Positions 36,420 to 50,487 are shown, numbered from the stretch's first letter. The stretch: 64,000 nt of DNA from Lama glama (GCA_028534125.1 CM052816.1:73348001-73412000), one strand, 5' to 3'. Made by a program: numbers and translations. Notes: generated by a model from the sequence alone, not told the origin.

Positions 36420-38800
36420 ATGTTTCGCTCAGTTCGTTGGAAAATATATATCAAGCACAAATATATGTCTGGCACTGAGGATACAGCAGTGAACAAAATT
36501 TTCTTAAATTGTTGCCCTTGTGGAGGATAAACTCTGTCAATGGAGAGAGATCTTAAACAAATGAAATAAGAATAGATACTGATATGGATGTAGACAGAGA
36601 TACAGATATAGACTATATGTCAGTGTGATAAATACAGTAAAGAGAAATTAGGCAGAGTAGAGAAATAGGGGCTGCCAAAAAGTTGGGGAGACTTGAGAGA
36701 AAAATATCTCAGGTGGCAGAAATAGCAGGTGCAAAGGCCCTGAGGCAGAAGCATCTGTGACTAGATTAGAATGAAAAAGAGAAGGAGCAGTAGAAATGAG
36801 GTGAAACATGGCAAGATATAGATCATTAGCCCTCAAAATGAGTTTGACTTTTTTTTTTTCTCTGAGTGTAATAGGCACATTGGAGGGTTTTGAAGAGAGG
36901 AGAGACAGGATCTGACATGATTTTAAGGAATCACTGTGGCTGCTACAGTAGGAAGAGACTGGAGGGTGGGTTCACAGGGACAGAAGTAGACAAACTACTT
37001 CTGGAGTTTTTTGCAGTAATACAAGTGAGAAATGATGGAGGCTTGGGTGTAGGAGGTAATAGTGAAAAAGTGGTCAGATTTAAGATACATTTTGACATTT
37101 GTGCTGACAGGATTTGCTAGTGGAGAAGCCAAGGATGACTTAGTCTTTGGCTTGATGCAACTATCATCTAATGAGATGTGGAAGACTGTAGGTGGAAGTA
37201 GGTTTGGGGATGAAGATTGAGAATTGAGTTTTGGGTGTGTTAAGCACAAAATGCCTATTCAGCATCCGACTGGAGATACTGAGTAGGCAGTTTCATATGA
37301 ATTTAGAGATCAGGTCAGTGTCAAAGGCTGGAGATAGAAAGTTAGGAATGAATGATATCACATAGAGTGAGAGGACAGATAAAGGATCAAGGACTAAGCC
37401 CTGGGACACACCAGTACTTAGAATTCAGGGAAACGATGAGAAATCAGTAAGGCAGATTGAGAAAGAACAGTCAAATAAGTAAGAGAACCAGGAACATATG
37501 ATATCCAGAAAACCAAGTAAAGAAACTGTTTCAAGAAAGAGATCAAATTGTCAATTGTGTCAAATGGGAACTACTTATTAACTGTTGCATTTAGAAACAC
37601 CAAAATAATTGATGATTTTTGAGAAAAAAAGAGTTTTAGTGGAGAGCTAGATGCAAAAGCATAAAAGGAGGAGGAATGGAATTAGAGACAAAAACAGAGA
37701 AAACTCCTTCAAGTCTTTTTGTAAAAGGAAGGAGAAAAAAATAGGACAATAGATTTCAAAATAAGCCTCAAGAGTGAAGTGGGAGAAATTTCTCAATGGG
37801 AGAAATTACACTGTATTGTATGTTGATGAATCAGATACAGAGAGAAAAATTGATCAGGTGAGAGAGAGAATTTCAGAGCTAAGCCTTCACTATAAAAATG
37901 CCATCTACTGCCCAAATAAAGAGGTTGGACTTCCTAGGAATAAGGACAGTTTGTATTTTTTAATAGGCAAAAAGGCACCCAGATTTAAGTATTATGGATT
38001 TATGTATTTGGAGAAGAGATCTTTTCTTATTACCTCTATACTTTATGTGTGAAATACGGAGTAAGGTCATCAACTGAGAGTGAGGATAGGGGAAGACATA
38101 ATCATTGGAAGAGAAGACATGCTGGAGACACTGGAGATTTCAACAGAGAAAAGAAAGAAGAGAGACTATCTAAAAGAATAGAAAAATACAGAATTGTTAG
38201 GCAGCCCTAAGGTCCTACTTTAAATTAATGGTCTTTAAGTTAAGGTAAGGCCATTAGTATGATTTTGAGTTGTTCATCAGCCAGTTGAGTGGGGCTAAGT
38301 CTTAAAAGGAGTAAATGAAGAGTTTAACTTAGCCAGTGATGAGCTTTTGGAAGGTGAGTGTAAGAAACTAACACAAAGTGTAAGGATATTGAAGATAGAT
38401 CAGAAGAAGTTATTATGGATGGGCTGAGGTATTTAGGACAGGTAAGAAGGGACAGGTGGGATGAGAGTAATGAAAAAGAAAAAATAGAAAAGTCAAATGT
38501 ATTGTAGATCCTAGTGGGATCAGAATTTCATTCAAGTTTCAGTACCAGAGGGAGGGAAGGTGAAAGTTAATGGATGATAACCGAGGAGTAGGATGATCAA
38601 AACCATTATTCTGTTGAATTAACAATTTTCATTAATGGTAGGGTTTCAGGTTTTAAGACTGTGGGACCAAATGGGGAGATAGGAGGAGGAGAAGGTGACT
38701 GGAAGAGATAAGGTCAAAATGTTGAAAAGCCAGGATGTTAAGAGGATTGTGTGCATGGATACTGAAATTACATAGACTTTTCCCCAAGAGTTGAGAGTGG
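36420..38800 (-). mobile_element. Long L2 (L2a-like) fragment, about 2.4 kb
   Basis: Collinear antisense L2 motifs: GATACAGCAGTGAACAAA, GCAGGTGCAAAGGCCCTGAGGCAG, GGATCTGACATGATTTTAAGGAATCACTGTGGCTGCT, GAGTTTTGGGTGTGTTAAG, GGACTAAGCCCTGGGACACACCA, GTAAGGTCATCAACTGAGAGTGAG. Confidence 0.85.
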
Positions 38801-38944
38801 AAGGAAATAATAACAAGAAGGTTTGGGGGGAAAAGAGGAAGAGGTAGATGAAACAGGGCAGTAGGAGTTTCCAGGTGAGAATATTAATTGGTGTTAATCA
38901 TAATTTCAGACATTCAGAAAGTAGTAGAACAATTTTTGACAACA

Positions 38945-39032
38945 TTTAATGTACTTTTGGATCACCTAGGGCTTTTATTAAAATCAAACTTTTGATTCAG
39001 TTGGTCTAGGGTAGGGGCTGAGATTCTGCAAC
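38945..39032. mobile_element. MER5-like fragment
   Basis: GATCACCTAGGG...TTTGATTCAGTTGGTCTAGGGTAGGGGCTGAGATTCTGCA. Confidence 0.65.
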
Positions 39033-41154
39033 TACAGTACAAAAAGTGGAATAAAAGAGAGAGAGAAAATTTGGATCAAGATTCAAGATTAGAGACTATC
39101 AGTGCCCTTCAGGAAAATTCTTAATTTCTTGTTTGCTTCCTTTTTTTGCTTTTCTTATACTCTTCCCAAGTACACAGGAACCAACTAGACTCTCATTCAG
39201 ATGTGAACAAGGAGAAAGTTTTCAAAATATTAAAACTAATTCAGCTATGAGATAGCTATTAGTGATGCCTGAACTAGGTGTTTTGAATATACATCTAAAA
39301 ATTAGTGCTTTCCACACTGATATTTTATTTAGAGAGTAAAACCAGAAGGGAAAAATTTTAATCTCTTTCCCAGAAGGAGTTACTAATGTTCTTTGCTTCC
39401 ATTTTAAAGAGAGTCCCTGGTGAAAAATTGTGTTGCCTTTCACTTGTTTGTTTAAAGAAAACAGACCTCCACGAAATGGGATTGTGGGCAGATATGGTTC
39501 ATAATGATCAAGAAGAAATGATTCTGATACAAAGGAAAATCTATATCCTTGAGAGTTAGAAGCTTAATATATAACACAGGTATTCAAAAGAAATACATAA
39601 ACTACTCCATTAGCTAAAGTTCTGGAAGGGGCCACTCCACAGTGCTTCAAAGGAAGGAAGACGATTGTATTAACCTGTCTCATGTTTCCACTACTATAAT
39701 CAATAGAAGCAAAATATTTGGACCCCAACTAATTCTCTTTAGTCACCTCTGCTGCTGTCTAGAAGAAGAAGAATCAGAGAAAGGTAGGGTTAAATCTTAA
39801 TGAAAAATTGCAGGTCTTAGAGATTATGAATAGAATTGATGAGTTTTTCTTTCCTGAAGGACAACATGCAGTTTAAAGAGCTTTTAACTGCTCTTGATGC
39901 AATCAAAAGGTTATGGTCATCTGCTAAAAACTCAGTTTCAGCCACAGTTTATGTAAGTTGTTCACATTACTCACTCAGTAATGATGTACTTGGCCCCATT
40001 GTTTGCGGTCTGGTTCTCATTTGTTTGGCATTACATTCCAAGACTGCAATGACTGAGAAATGTTCTTTATTTTTTACAGTAAGAAGAAATAGCATGTTTT
40101 GCCTGAAACATCTCGAGTTTGGTCACTTGTCTGTGGTCTCCCCATGTCTATCCAAGCAGGTGTATATAAGTGAATACTTAAACACATTGAGTCAGAGAAC
40201 CAGAAAACTGAAGTTAGATTTTTACACTCACATGACATTAACAGAAAATGTAAACTCTTCGAAATACTGTTCAATATTTACTTTTATCCAACTGGATCTG
40301 CTAACTTGAGTATTAGCACGTAGATTTTTCAGAACACAGGAAAACTTCCCAGGATAAAAGTTACCAAATGTATTTGAAACCTCTAGCAAGCATGTCTGAG
40401 GGAACATGAAAGTTGTACTCAAATCTATTTGAATAGATGTCATGTGCAAAAGGTGTGGGGGTTGTTCCACACTGACGTGGGAGACAGAATTAGGAGCCAT
40501 AGGTTAGAAAATACGGGCAGATGTATTCGGGGCACAATGGACTTTTGTTCTATGGACTATTAAGCTTTAATGCACTCAGAAAACAGAATGACTGCCTTTG
40601 AGCCTTCAGGTTCCTGAAAACATCTAAACAGAAATGAAGTGCAGAGTCAGATGAAACCTTAGTCTCAAATGTCTATTTCCTACAAACCTGACTGGTTAGA
40701 TTCTAGCAGGGAGTTAACAGGTAGTCATTTTGGGGAAAAAAAAGGAGTCTCTCTCATGTCTCACACCATCCCTATGCTCACCTTCCATAACCTCGTGGAT
40801 TGCCTGATTTCTTCTCTTTCTCCCACAGTAATCTATAACACTCTCCTCCCCTCACCAGCAACAGAAGGTGAGTCCCACCAGAAATGGAGGAACATCTTTA
40901 GTTTCAGGTATCCTCTTCCAAATAAATGCATTTAAAGGAAAACTTACCAATGACATATTAAACATAATGGAACATAAACATGAATTAACTTATTAGCAGA
41001 ATTTGTCTGTTATACAAAAGGACTGTACTCAAAAGTTTCCTAGGAAATAAAATACAGGACAATAAAATTTCGATCAGGGAAGGAAGTTTTAAGAGATGAA
41101 AACTACAAAGAAATGCTATTCATAGAAGAAGGACTTGGTTAATCATTCTAGCAT

Positions 41155-41290
41155 GTAGTCCATCTGTGATTAAATTCCTGCAGATATGGAGCAGGGACTG
41201 ACTGTGCCATTTAATCTAAGAGACTTGAGCATCCCTGGATTTTGGTATCATGGAACCAATCCCCCTGCTCCAATACCAAGGGATGACTGT
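41155..41290. mobile_element. MER2/Tigger (Tc1-mariner) terminal fragment
   Basis: GAGACTTGAGCATCCCTGGATTTTGGTATC...GGAACCAATCCCCC...ATACCAAGGGATGACTGT. Confidence 0.8.
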
Positions 41291-43399
41291 CCCTGAGATG
41301 CCACTTTTTATCTGCAGTTTGTTCCCCACTCCCTTCACAAGTATGACCCTTCTGATGCTTTTCAACAAATACCTCTGAAAAACTGGAGGGAAGGGGCTTC
41401 AAAGCCTGATAGAAATTCAAATAAACGACCTGAAAGTCAAAGGAAAAGAATCTAATGCCATTCTTTTAACGACTTAAAATTCCTCTGATTTGACAAGGAC
41501 TGTTCAGAATCTGGAAAGAATACTTTGTAAAACCAGATTTTTATATTCAATGTTCACTTCAAGTAAGTTCTCTGATCTTGTAGGACTAGCTCTCCTGCTC
41601 GGTTACTCAGCCCACTCAGAGTTAAAGTTTTAAGGATCTTGTGTTACAAAGGGAAAGTGGAAAAGTAGCAGTAAACTTATTGAACTAAGTATTTTTCTCT
41701 CTCTGAAGTGTAACTTGCTGCATAACCTCTAAGTGCATCAAGATCTTCATTGTTTTGCAAATTGTAGCTGAGAAATTCTTTCTCATATTTGTGTGGTGCC
41801 AGAATTTCCAGCTATCAAATCCTTTCCTCAGTAAGAGAGGTAGAAGAGAAAGCGTGGGCCCAAAAGAAGAAAATCTTTCTGAGGAGATAAAAAAGCCAAT
41901 AAATACTGCACTAAGCCATCACCTCAGCTTCCCAGACTTGCCACACTGTTCTTAAATTAGGAAATGAACTCTTAAGGATTTCCGACTTAACTTCCCTAAG
42001 GCTCATTTTATTCCTCCATAAATAAAGGCAACATATGACAATGATCCCTGAAATCATGCCCAGCTCCAAATTTAATGATTCCATTGCCACATGTTCAGTT
42101 GATTCCAGCCCTGTTATCTTCTAGGCATTGAAAAACCGACATTTTGAGTTAATCTCTTTCCCCTCTCTGGTAAATCAGCAATGTCCCAGGTGGCCCATAA
42201 TCCTCTTCTGAAAGAGCTGATATGATATATTCCAGTTTGGGGCCACTTTAAGCCCTCTGTGAGTTCTTGAAGATAACTGCTTGTGACTCAGCAATGATTG
42301 TGGCCAATTTCTTAAGTTCTTTAGTGTGGATGCTACCAAGATCTATGGGTTTAACTCATCCAATCTGAATCAGTCATTTTTATCTGTTCCCATTTTAGTG
42401 AGGCTCTCTGCCTCCCATCACATCTTTGCCTGCTCGCATGATTAGATCATAGTTGACATTTGTGAGGGAAGAATGAAGTAAAAAGGGCCTTCCTGTCACT
42501 GTCATCTTTTTAAGGGCTCTTCTTGTCATTTGATAAAGGGACAGTGCTTTTCCCACCTTCGCCCATGTACTGCTTTTAAATCTTCCCCTCCCCCGCCCCC
42601 CACATCTTGAGAGCGGCACCTTATGTCTTGCTTACATAGGACTAGTTTATCACCCATAGCATACTAGAATGTTAAAGATCATTGGAGTTAGAATAAGGAC
42701 AGTTAGGTTTTTGCTCAATATTCTTTGGAAAGCATTGAGAATCTCGGAGCTTCAGTTTCCCCATTTTTAATGTTAGTATGTTCAGTACTTGATCTTAAGG
42801 CCTCATCCTGTTCTTTAAACGTCCCCCAGTGCTCCTCACCACTGATTCATCTCTGTAGCATTTTCACTTATGCTTGTTCCATAAATAGTGGCGTAGCTGG
42901 AACTGGAAACCAGGTCTCAACCTCCAGTGTTAATTTTAAGTTCTAATGTAGTTCATAGCCCTGTAGAATCTTATTGTCTTGCTTCCTGTGTTCTATATGG
43001 AGGCAGAGAGACGAGGAACATCCTGTATCCAGCAAAAAAGCTAATGTCCACCTCTGCCACCTCCTAATATGAGGGACTTCAAGCTGAGGAAAGACGATGG
43101 GTTGGAAATGCAAACCTGGAAGATGAAGTTGGAGGTGAGAAGAGAGGCCCGGCAGGGCTCTGGGCTTCGTGTCTAGGTGAGAGTGGGAGGGTACATGTCC
43201 TCCAAGGGTCTCTCCAGTACCCAGTATCAAAAAGCCTTTTGATTTTCTTACAGGTAGCACATAATACAAAGCCTTAATAGAACAGAAAGAGCCTTTACTT
43301 AAAGAAAAACCATGTTGGGAAAGCTCTATTACTAGGGGAGCAGTCTTGCATACTTTGAATACATGTTTTCCCAGCAACTTCTCAACACCTGGGATTGGA

Positions 43400-43900
43400 A
43401 ATACCAAGGCAAATAACCAGAGATCTGAGCCTCAAGGAGATTGCTGTCTAGTGAAAAAGGCAGATAAATCAATAATTATAATGCAAAATGCTCTGTTCAG
43501 TAGAAGGTAAAAGGTGCCCATATGAAACAGCAGAGGGTGACACTGGAACTGCCTTCCGAGATGAGTAGACGTTGAAGATAAGATTGTTCCAGGAGGAGGG
43601 AGTGACATTTGGGAGAGTAGGAGATTCTTAAATGGCCTGAGTCCTGTGGAGGTTCTCACTGGCCATGAGGCCCGTGGGAATAAGAGGATACCATGAGAGG
43701 CCAAAGAAGATTACTGGGTGCTTTTCAGCTGGGAAGCTGCAGGATCATATTTTAGAAAAATTGCTTTGATACTGTATTGTGGAATAGTTAACTGAGGACC
43801 AGGAGAGTGAAGCACAAGGAAGGGGTACAACATGCTAAACTGGAAACAAGGAACCAGTTAGAAACCCATCATCGTGGTTCAGCTGAGAATTACCATGAGC
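43400..43900 (-). mobile_element. L2 fragments (diverged)
   Basis: CCTCAAGGAGATTGCTGTCTAGTG...AATAATTATAATGCAA...TTTTAGAAAAATTGCTTTG. Confidence 0.5.
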
Positions 43901-46900
43901 CTTATGGAGAGAGTGCCAATAGAAAATAATTAGCATGAATGATCGGTGGAGGAGAAAAAAAGGGAAAGAAGGTGTTCTTTTATGTCCAATATTACTAACC
44001 TCAGACAGGTTATATAAGGATAGCATGTATGCTTATGTTTAAATAAAGCCAACAGGCAGGCATGGAACGTTCAATCCTATCACACCGACATGTCAGTCCT
44101 TCAGGTTAAGACACTGTATCTATTTGTAAGCGAGACTCCCAACAGTGTTTGCCTATTAGGTCATAATCAGCCACTAATAAGTTTCATTTTATTAGCTGTC
44201 ACAGGGAAGGCTGGTTTCAGGCTTTCAATATCCCATGAGGTCTGGATTCAGGAGGACTGGCTCGTGGTGGGGTGCCCAAAACAGATCTGTTTGGGACTTT
44301 CACAGAGAGGATTCTGAGCAGCCAGACACAAGACTGGAGCTGTGAGTATGAAAAGAGAAAATGGCTGTGGGGGCAGCGGGAAGAGGGTCAGGGGAGAAAA
44401 GGAGAAGCCAGGAGGAGTTGGAGGTGGGGAAAGGGGAGTGACACTTCAGTAGTGATCCTCCGCTTGTTACAATCATTGTTGCATTTCTAATCTCTGTCGC
44501 CGGCAGAGGAGGCTCAGGCCAGCGCCGGCACTGGTACCCATAAATGTGATAGGAAAGCAGGCGTGAAGCCTGGACCTGGGGAATCATTGAGCATAGTTTT
44601 CAGTATAGTTCATTTTAGATGTGCAGACACATCAGGAGAGAGAAACAGTCCCACGGGAATGACGATAATATTGTTAGTCATCTACGTAAGACATAACCCA
44701 GTGCTCCCTTCTTCTGACACCCACCTTCCTTTCCTTAGGGACCATTAGATTAAACCACATCTGCTGCAGAAGAGACCACAATACCCAAAACTCCTTTGGT
44801 CAATGAAGAAATCTGCTGAACTGAACTGAATCTGCTAAAATGAACTTTAACAATTCCTTGTTGTTTTTTTTTTGTTGTCGTTAAGAACCATTAAACTGTG
44901 AAGAATGACGTACGTTTGCCAACTTGTACTTTTGCCAACAGAGACATTTAAACAAAATTTACATCTACTCTGTAGTTTCTCCATCATTTCATAAAGGAGC
45001 AGACAATTTAACAGTAAATGAAAGTAGAAAAATCAATTTCTTAAAAGAATGGATAGTCTAAATTGAATACCTTTAATATTATGAAAAACTCACTGGATTT
45101 CTCATTTGACCACTGACTGATGAAGCCCTAACACTAGACTGTCATCTGCCAAGAACCTGCATCCAGCAACCACCCTGGAAGGAGGGAAAGATGGCACAAA
45201 AGGCCCAGCTGCAGCCCTCCAGGGCATCACTCGCACTTAGGCGAGGTCGGGTTCAGCCTGGCCAGCGGCAGCAGACAGTACCACTTGTTCATTGACCAGA
45301 GGCAAACAGAATTGCTCTTTTTCCTCGTCCAAGTCTTCTGCCAACTGAAAACATGCCAGTCTGTTATTAGATTCAGGTGTCCCTGCAGTGGTCTACTTTC
45401 CAACCCTTTAACGCCCCCTTTCCCAAGATGAAGTTTATGAAGCTTCTGGCATCAACAGCTTTGTTTCCGTTCTGACTAGTGACTGCAAACTCCCTACATG
45501 TTTCTGGTTTGTTAGCAGGTGGCCTGGCCTGCCAAGAAGCAACTCATAGTCTTGGATTACCCCCAGGGTCTACCCAGGGTCCAGAATGGGTATCAGCTCT
45601 GATACACGTTACAGAACCTCAGGGGTACTGCAGCGCTCACACAGGGCCGACAGGCCCGCTGGGTGCAAAGCTTCATCCAAACCCTCACGTGCAACTGAAG
45701 GAGGATGCAATAGGCTCCTTTTATTTTAACTTGCTGTTACAATTCACAGAGGAGATGAAAAGAGGGGAAACAGGTGAAAAGTTTGGGCCAAGTGAATTGC
45801 TGTTCCAATTATTTCACGACTCAGGAAGTAGCAGAGAATTCAGAAAACAACACCACATTGCTTTCTCAGAGCTTCTTAGTCTGTGTTGCCTAAGCAGAGG
45901 GACGCCACGCCTATTCATAAAACATTTGCCGGATCTTCTCAGTTGGAACTTCGCCCCAAAAAGGGGAAGAAAACTAGAGTTGCAAAGAGAATTACAAATA
46001 CATGACGTAGTTAGGAGCTGGAAATGCCTCAAATTATTCACTCGACCACACAATAAAAGTGACAGGAGTTGCGTATCCTTAAACAACCTTCTGCTGGCAG
46101 AACGACACCATGAAATGGCCTGTTTTGCTCCAGATGCACTAAAGATTAGATAAGAAAGTAAACAGTCCTTTTTGGGACACTCCAAGTCCTTTAACTGCCA
46201 AAATAAGACCCCAGACTAGATCAAAAGTATGAAGGATTCAAGAGTATCCTTAAGTGCTTCTCAGAACCGGAGAGGAGATTAAACCCCTAGACATCAGGAT
46301 AGAGGGGAATATTGAGGCTGGTTTCTGGAGGAAGGATGTTGAGAGAAGGACTCTCGCCTATGGGCTGTAACCAAGTTGCCATTCGTAGGCTTTTCTTCTA
46401 TCACTGTTCAGACTTGTTTGTTTATCTGAGTCATAAACTAAGAAAATCATGATGACCTGTTACATCTCGGGGTCAAAGAAGGGCAACAGGGCAGAGCGGA
46501 AGAAAGGGGCTTTCTTGCTGCAATTCTCCCTTTAATAAGCTGTGTGGGAACCCATCTAAGTTTCCTGGATCATTGTTCCCTCACCTGTGAAAATAAGACA
46601 GAGGGACTCAGACTCTTCCCAATTCTTAAACAACCTTCTGATTTTGCACTTAGCTGGAGAATTTTGGGTGTCAGTGAAAAGACATATGCCAGTGACCATT
46701 CAATGATCATCACTAAGAATTGGACTAGGAAAGTCAGAATTAGGGAAAATATGGGATGTCAGTCTCTCTCATGAGAAGACCACAATGAAAGGAATTTTGC
46801 CCAATATCAAGTAAATTTACTGTGTCCTATAAATCAGCTAACTCTGGGAAGAGCAATACTCATATAAATATTTTCAGACCATTAATAGTATAATATGATC

Positions 46901-47119
46901 TAATACTCATGAATATTTGCTCTGAGACAACAACTAAAGGACCAAAGAAACAAGTATCCAGTGCTCATCTACATTAGGAAAGAATTATCTGTTTTATAGG
47001 GAGATCAACACTCACTTCTTTTATAAGCTTAGCTGTCCAAATTTGTCTAAATTTAATCTAACTTGCAAATTTAGATACACATACAATTTTATTCAAATAC
47101 TCCTATTTATTCAAGATAA

Positions 47120-47692
47120 AATTATGAAAGATACCTTCTTCATACCAATGTTCACAGCAGCACCTTTTACAATAGCAAAGACATGGAAACAAACTATATG
47201 TCTATCAACAGATGAATGGATAAAGAAGATGTGGTATGGAATATTACTCAGCCATAAAAAAGAATGAAATAATGTCATTTGCAGCAACATAATGGACCTA
47301 AAGATTATCATATTAAGTGAGGTCAGACAGAGAAAAACAAATATCATATATCACTTATATGTGGAATCTAAAAAAATACAAATTTTACTTACAAACCAGA
47401 AATACATAGACTCACAGACATAGTGAAAAAAACTATGGTTACCAAACGGGAAAGGAAGGGGAGGGATAAATTAGGAGTTCAGGATTAACAGATACATATT
47501 ACTTTATACAAAATAGATAAACAAGGACCTACTGTATAGCATGAGGAACTATATTTAATTTCTTGCAATAAGCTAAAATGGAAAAGAATCTGAAAAAATA
47601 TATATGTATATGTATAACTGAATAGCTTTGTTGTACATCTAAAATTAACATTGTAAATCAACTACACATCAATAAAAAATACAATTAAAAAA
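47120..47692 (+). mobile_element. 5'-truncated L1 3' end (ORF2 end + 3' UTR)
   Basis: ORF-track peptide [16 protein letters not shown]...TDEWIKKMW; 3' UTR of the same type as the L1 at 28867-30611; A-rich tail. Confidence 0.95.
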
Positions 47693-47754
47693 ACTCCAGC
47701 AAAGTCAAAAGAATGGGCAGAAGGGCCAACAACACTGACGGGGAAAATGAAAAA

Positions 47755-48300
47755 AAAAATTATTAAAGGTATAGTATGTGGTGAATGTGGTGCTAGACAC
47801 TGGTGACATAGAGATGAAAAGTCTGATTTGTTCCTATAATGAATTGTTCACATTCTGAGAGGCAAACTGACAAATACCAATCATGATATTGTACTGTAAT
47901 AAATTACAGGTAACAAATATGATGATAATGACAATACATATGAACGAAGTGTTATGGAAGACTAGAGAAATAGGGATTAATAACCCTGACCTTTGTAAGG
48001 ATGGAAGTAGGCTAAGAGACTTCACAGAAGAAGGCATCCGACAGGACATCCAGAGCAAAACTTGTAGTTAGATCTAGAGCATAAGGAGTGTGAGGGAAAG
48101 GCATCTTACACAGAAGAATGGCACTTACAAAGGCAGAAGGAATGGACATTTAGTAAATGGTTGCTGTTTCCATGTGACTTAACTATACCATGTCAAAGAT
48201 CAGGGGAAAGAGGGAGGTGTGATCAGAAATAGTATGGCATACTTTGCTTTAGACAAAGGTTTTCAACTTTATCCATAGGCAGTGAGGAGTTATCAAAACT
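47755..48300 (-). mobile_element. L2 3' region
   Basis: GTGCTAGACACTGGTGACATAGAGATGAAAAG...GACTTCACAGAAGAAG...ACTTTATCCATAGGCAGTGAGGAG. Confidence 0.7.
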
Positions 48301-48455
48301 AACAGGATTTATCTGTAATGGGATTGTAAATGTAAGAAAATAAAGTACCCCTAGCATTCGAGTGTCCAATTATTTCAAGTTTTATGAAATGACCAGGAGG
48401 GCTGCATGATCAATAAACAAAATGATTCAAATTCACCTGTATCATAGCTGCAGCT

Positions 48456-48474
48456 TGGCGCCACCTGGTGGCCA
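48456..48474 (-). promoter_or_regulatory. CTCF-binding motif (near consensus)
   Basis: Reverse complement TGGCCACCAGGTGGCGCCA versus consensus TGGCCACCAGGGGGCGCTA (17/19); lies in unique sequence and retains its CpG. Confidence 0.75.
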
Positions 48475-50030
48475 GTGTCTAATGGGGTTTATATACCCAC
48501 AGGGAAGATTCTGATTTCTTGTGGTGGCTGAGACTTCCAGGACATGGTCAGTGATTCCAGTGTGATAATGGCGCCTGCTTCCTTGACTCAATTTCCTGGG
48601 CCAAGAGGACACTAGGAATACAGTTTCCTGCAGCTCCTACCCTGTCTTCCCCTCGTTGTTCTTTTCTCTCCTCTCACCCCATAGAAGACTGGGGGTTTGG
48701 GAGTGTTAGCTAGAGACTGGAACCAATCTCTTTGCGTTAACAAAGGAATCATGAGATTAATTGGTCACAAAATTTAGATGACTAAGGTTGAACCTATACA
48801 ACGGAAATGACAAGAGTATTAAAGAGTGTCTAGGAAATCTTGCTCATTTTATTGAGTTGGATCTGCCCTGATGAGTTTGAGGAAACTAGCTGGTAAGCAT
48901 TGTTGGAAACATATGAAATGGCAAAAGTCTCCAACACCTATAAAAAGTCAGAGTTGTGAAGAATAAAAGGACCTATGAGATCATGTTTCTAAATTTGTAT
49001 GTTTAATACATGAGTAAACAGAGGACTAGAGAAGTTCACTTCTCATTTATGCACCGTTATGCACAATCACGCACAGAACAGCAAGAGCCCAATGGAGAAG
49101 TGGCTAATATATATATTTTTTGCTTTACTTGAGTTTTTTCCAAATCTCAGTGAATTGGATAGGTTTGGAAAATACAGTCATCACCAAAATCCTTTGCATT
49201 TTTTTTAACATAGCAAAGAAAATGAAAGGGAGGTAGGTCAGAGAACATTACATATGAACACAGTACAAGAATCAACCCAAATTTCTAAAGAAATCTTAAA
49301 CACAATTCTGGTTAACTTATTACCAAAAAGGCAAAAAAAAGTGCACATGCCTTCTAATGTCATGGAACCCACCCAAACCACAAGTCAGAAGTATCAAAAT
49401 ACACTCTAATAACAAACAAAACAAAACAAACACATAACAACAACAGCGAAACTAGGCAAACAAAAAACATGCAGAATAGTTCTCTCAGGACTTCTAACTC
49501 ACACTGTATCCCCAAATAAATAAACTGTTCAGGGATAGCTTCTAGACCAAAGAAATTTAGATTGGTTTCTAAATACTGAACAGTTACCTGAACAGCTAGT
49601 AACTGAACTTGTTCAGATGAATTAACCCTGTAAGCAACATCCTCAGTTTATCCTTTCAAAGATACTGGAGCAAATGAAATTGACTACCTAATGTGAAAAA
49701 TATTACTGTATCTGCATTAGTCAGAGTCAAGGGTGCCTGAATTTTTAAACAAATTATGGAAAATACATAGAGACATAAAGAAAAATTTTCTATGTGAAAA
49801 AATTGGGGGTAAGAAGAATTACTGTAACTCCCATCTCATTCTACAAAGTGCACTGAATAATATCTCTGATGGGCAGAGCAAAATGCTTACACTGCAGTAA
49901 TTATCCAGAACACTAGTAGCAGCCGATGTTGACCTATGAAATGATACGCATGGCCATGGCTGATCTGACAGTTGCAGAATTATTAGGAAAGTGACAATAT
50001 TTCAGCCCCCCAGAATTCTTCATCCACCCA

Positions 50031-50487
50031 TGTAGCAGATGTCATTGATGACCTGCTCCAGGTGCCTGGCTTACCTCTGCAGTCACTGGAAGCTAAGGTG
50101 GACATTTTCTACAACCGCTGATGGGGAATCTCTCTGCTTCACTGCCTGAGTCTTTTTTCTGGCTCCATAAGAACTTGTGCAGACTGCCCAAAGCTGGGGA
50201 GTTCTGAAGATTTAATGGTCCCAGAGCTAACCTCCAAAATAACGAGGGACATGAGTCACTGTTAAATACCCCAGTTTCCCTGTCCTTCTATAGTTTAATT
50301 CTGAGGCATATTCTACAGTGATTCATAGCGTCCTCAGTAGGACTGAGCCCAGGTGCTAACAGCAGTAACTCACTGGGCTCCTCTGCCTTTCCCACTCCTA
50401 TACTTTCTGTAAGAACCTCTCAAAAAGCTACCTGCATTCAAGTCCTTGTCACAGGATCTTGATTTTGACAGGGAACCAAGTTATGCT
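50031..50487 (+). mobile_element. LTR16-family (ERVL) solo LTR
   Basis: TGTAGCAGATG start, TAAATACCCCAGTTTCCC, AATTCTGAGGCATATTCTACA, GGACTGAGCCCAGGTGC, TACCTGCATTCAAGTCCTTGTCACAGG. Confidence 0.75.

Noticed and set aside
39836..40309. 157-aa ORF
   Set aside because: AT-rich, with a composition typical of a random ORF and no recognisable homology
40948..41006. Minus-strand exon with a GTAAGT donor
   Set aside because: Very AT-rich, modest acceptor, no recognisable peptide
45093..45360. Minus-strand coding exon (GTGAGT donor, peptide LAEDLDEEKEQF...)
   Set aside because: Weak acceptor, and that frame stops before the donor
45479..46153. 224-aa ORF as a protein-coding gene
   Set aside because: GTG start, no recognisable domain and no supporting exon structure; kept only as part of a unique-region finding
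48448..48453. CTGCAG as the CTCF upstream (ZF9-11) motif
   Set aside because: Wrong side for the minus-strand core and spacing too short for the plus-strand reading
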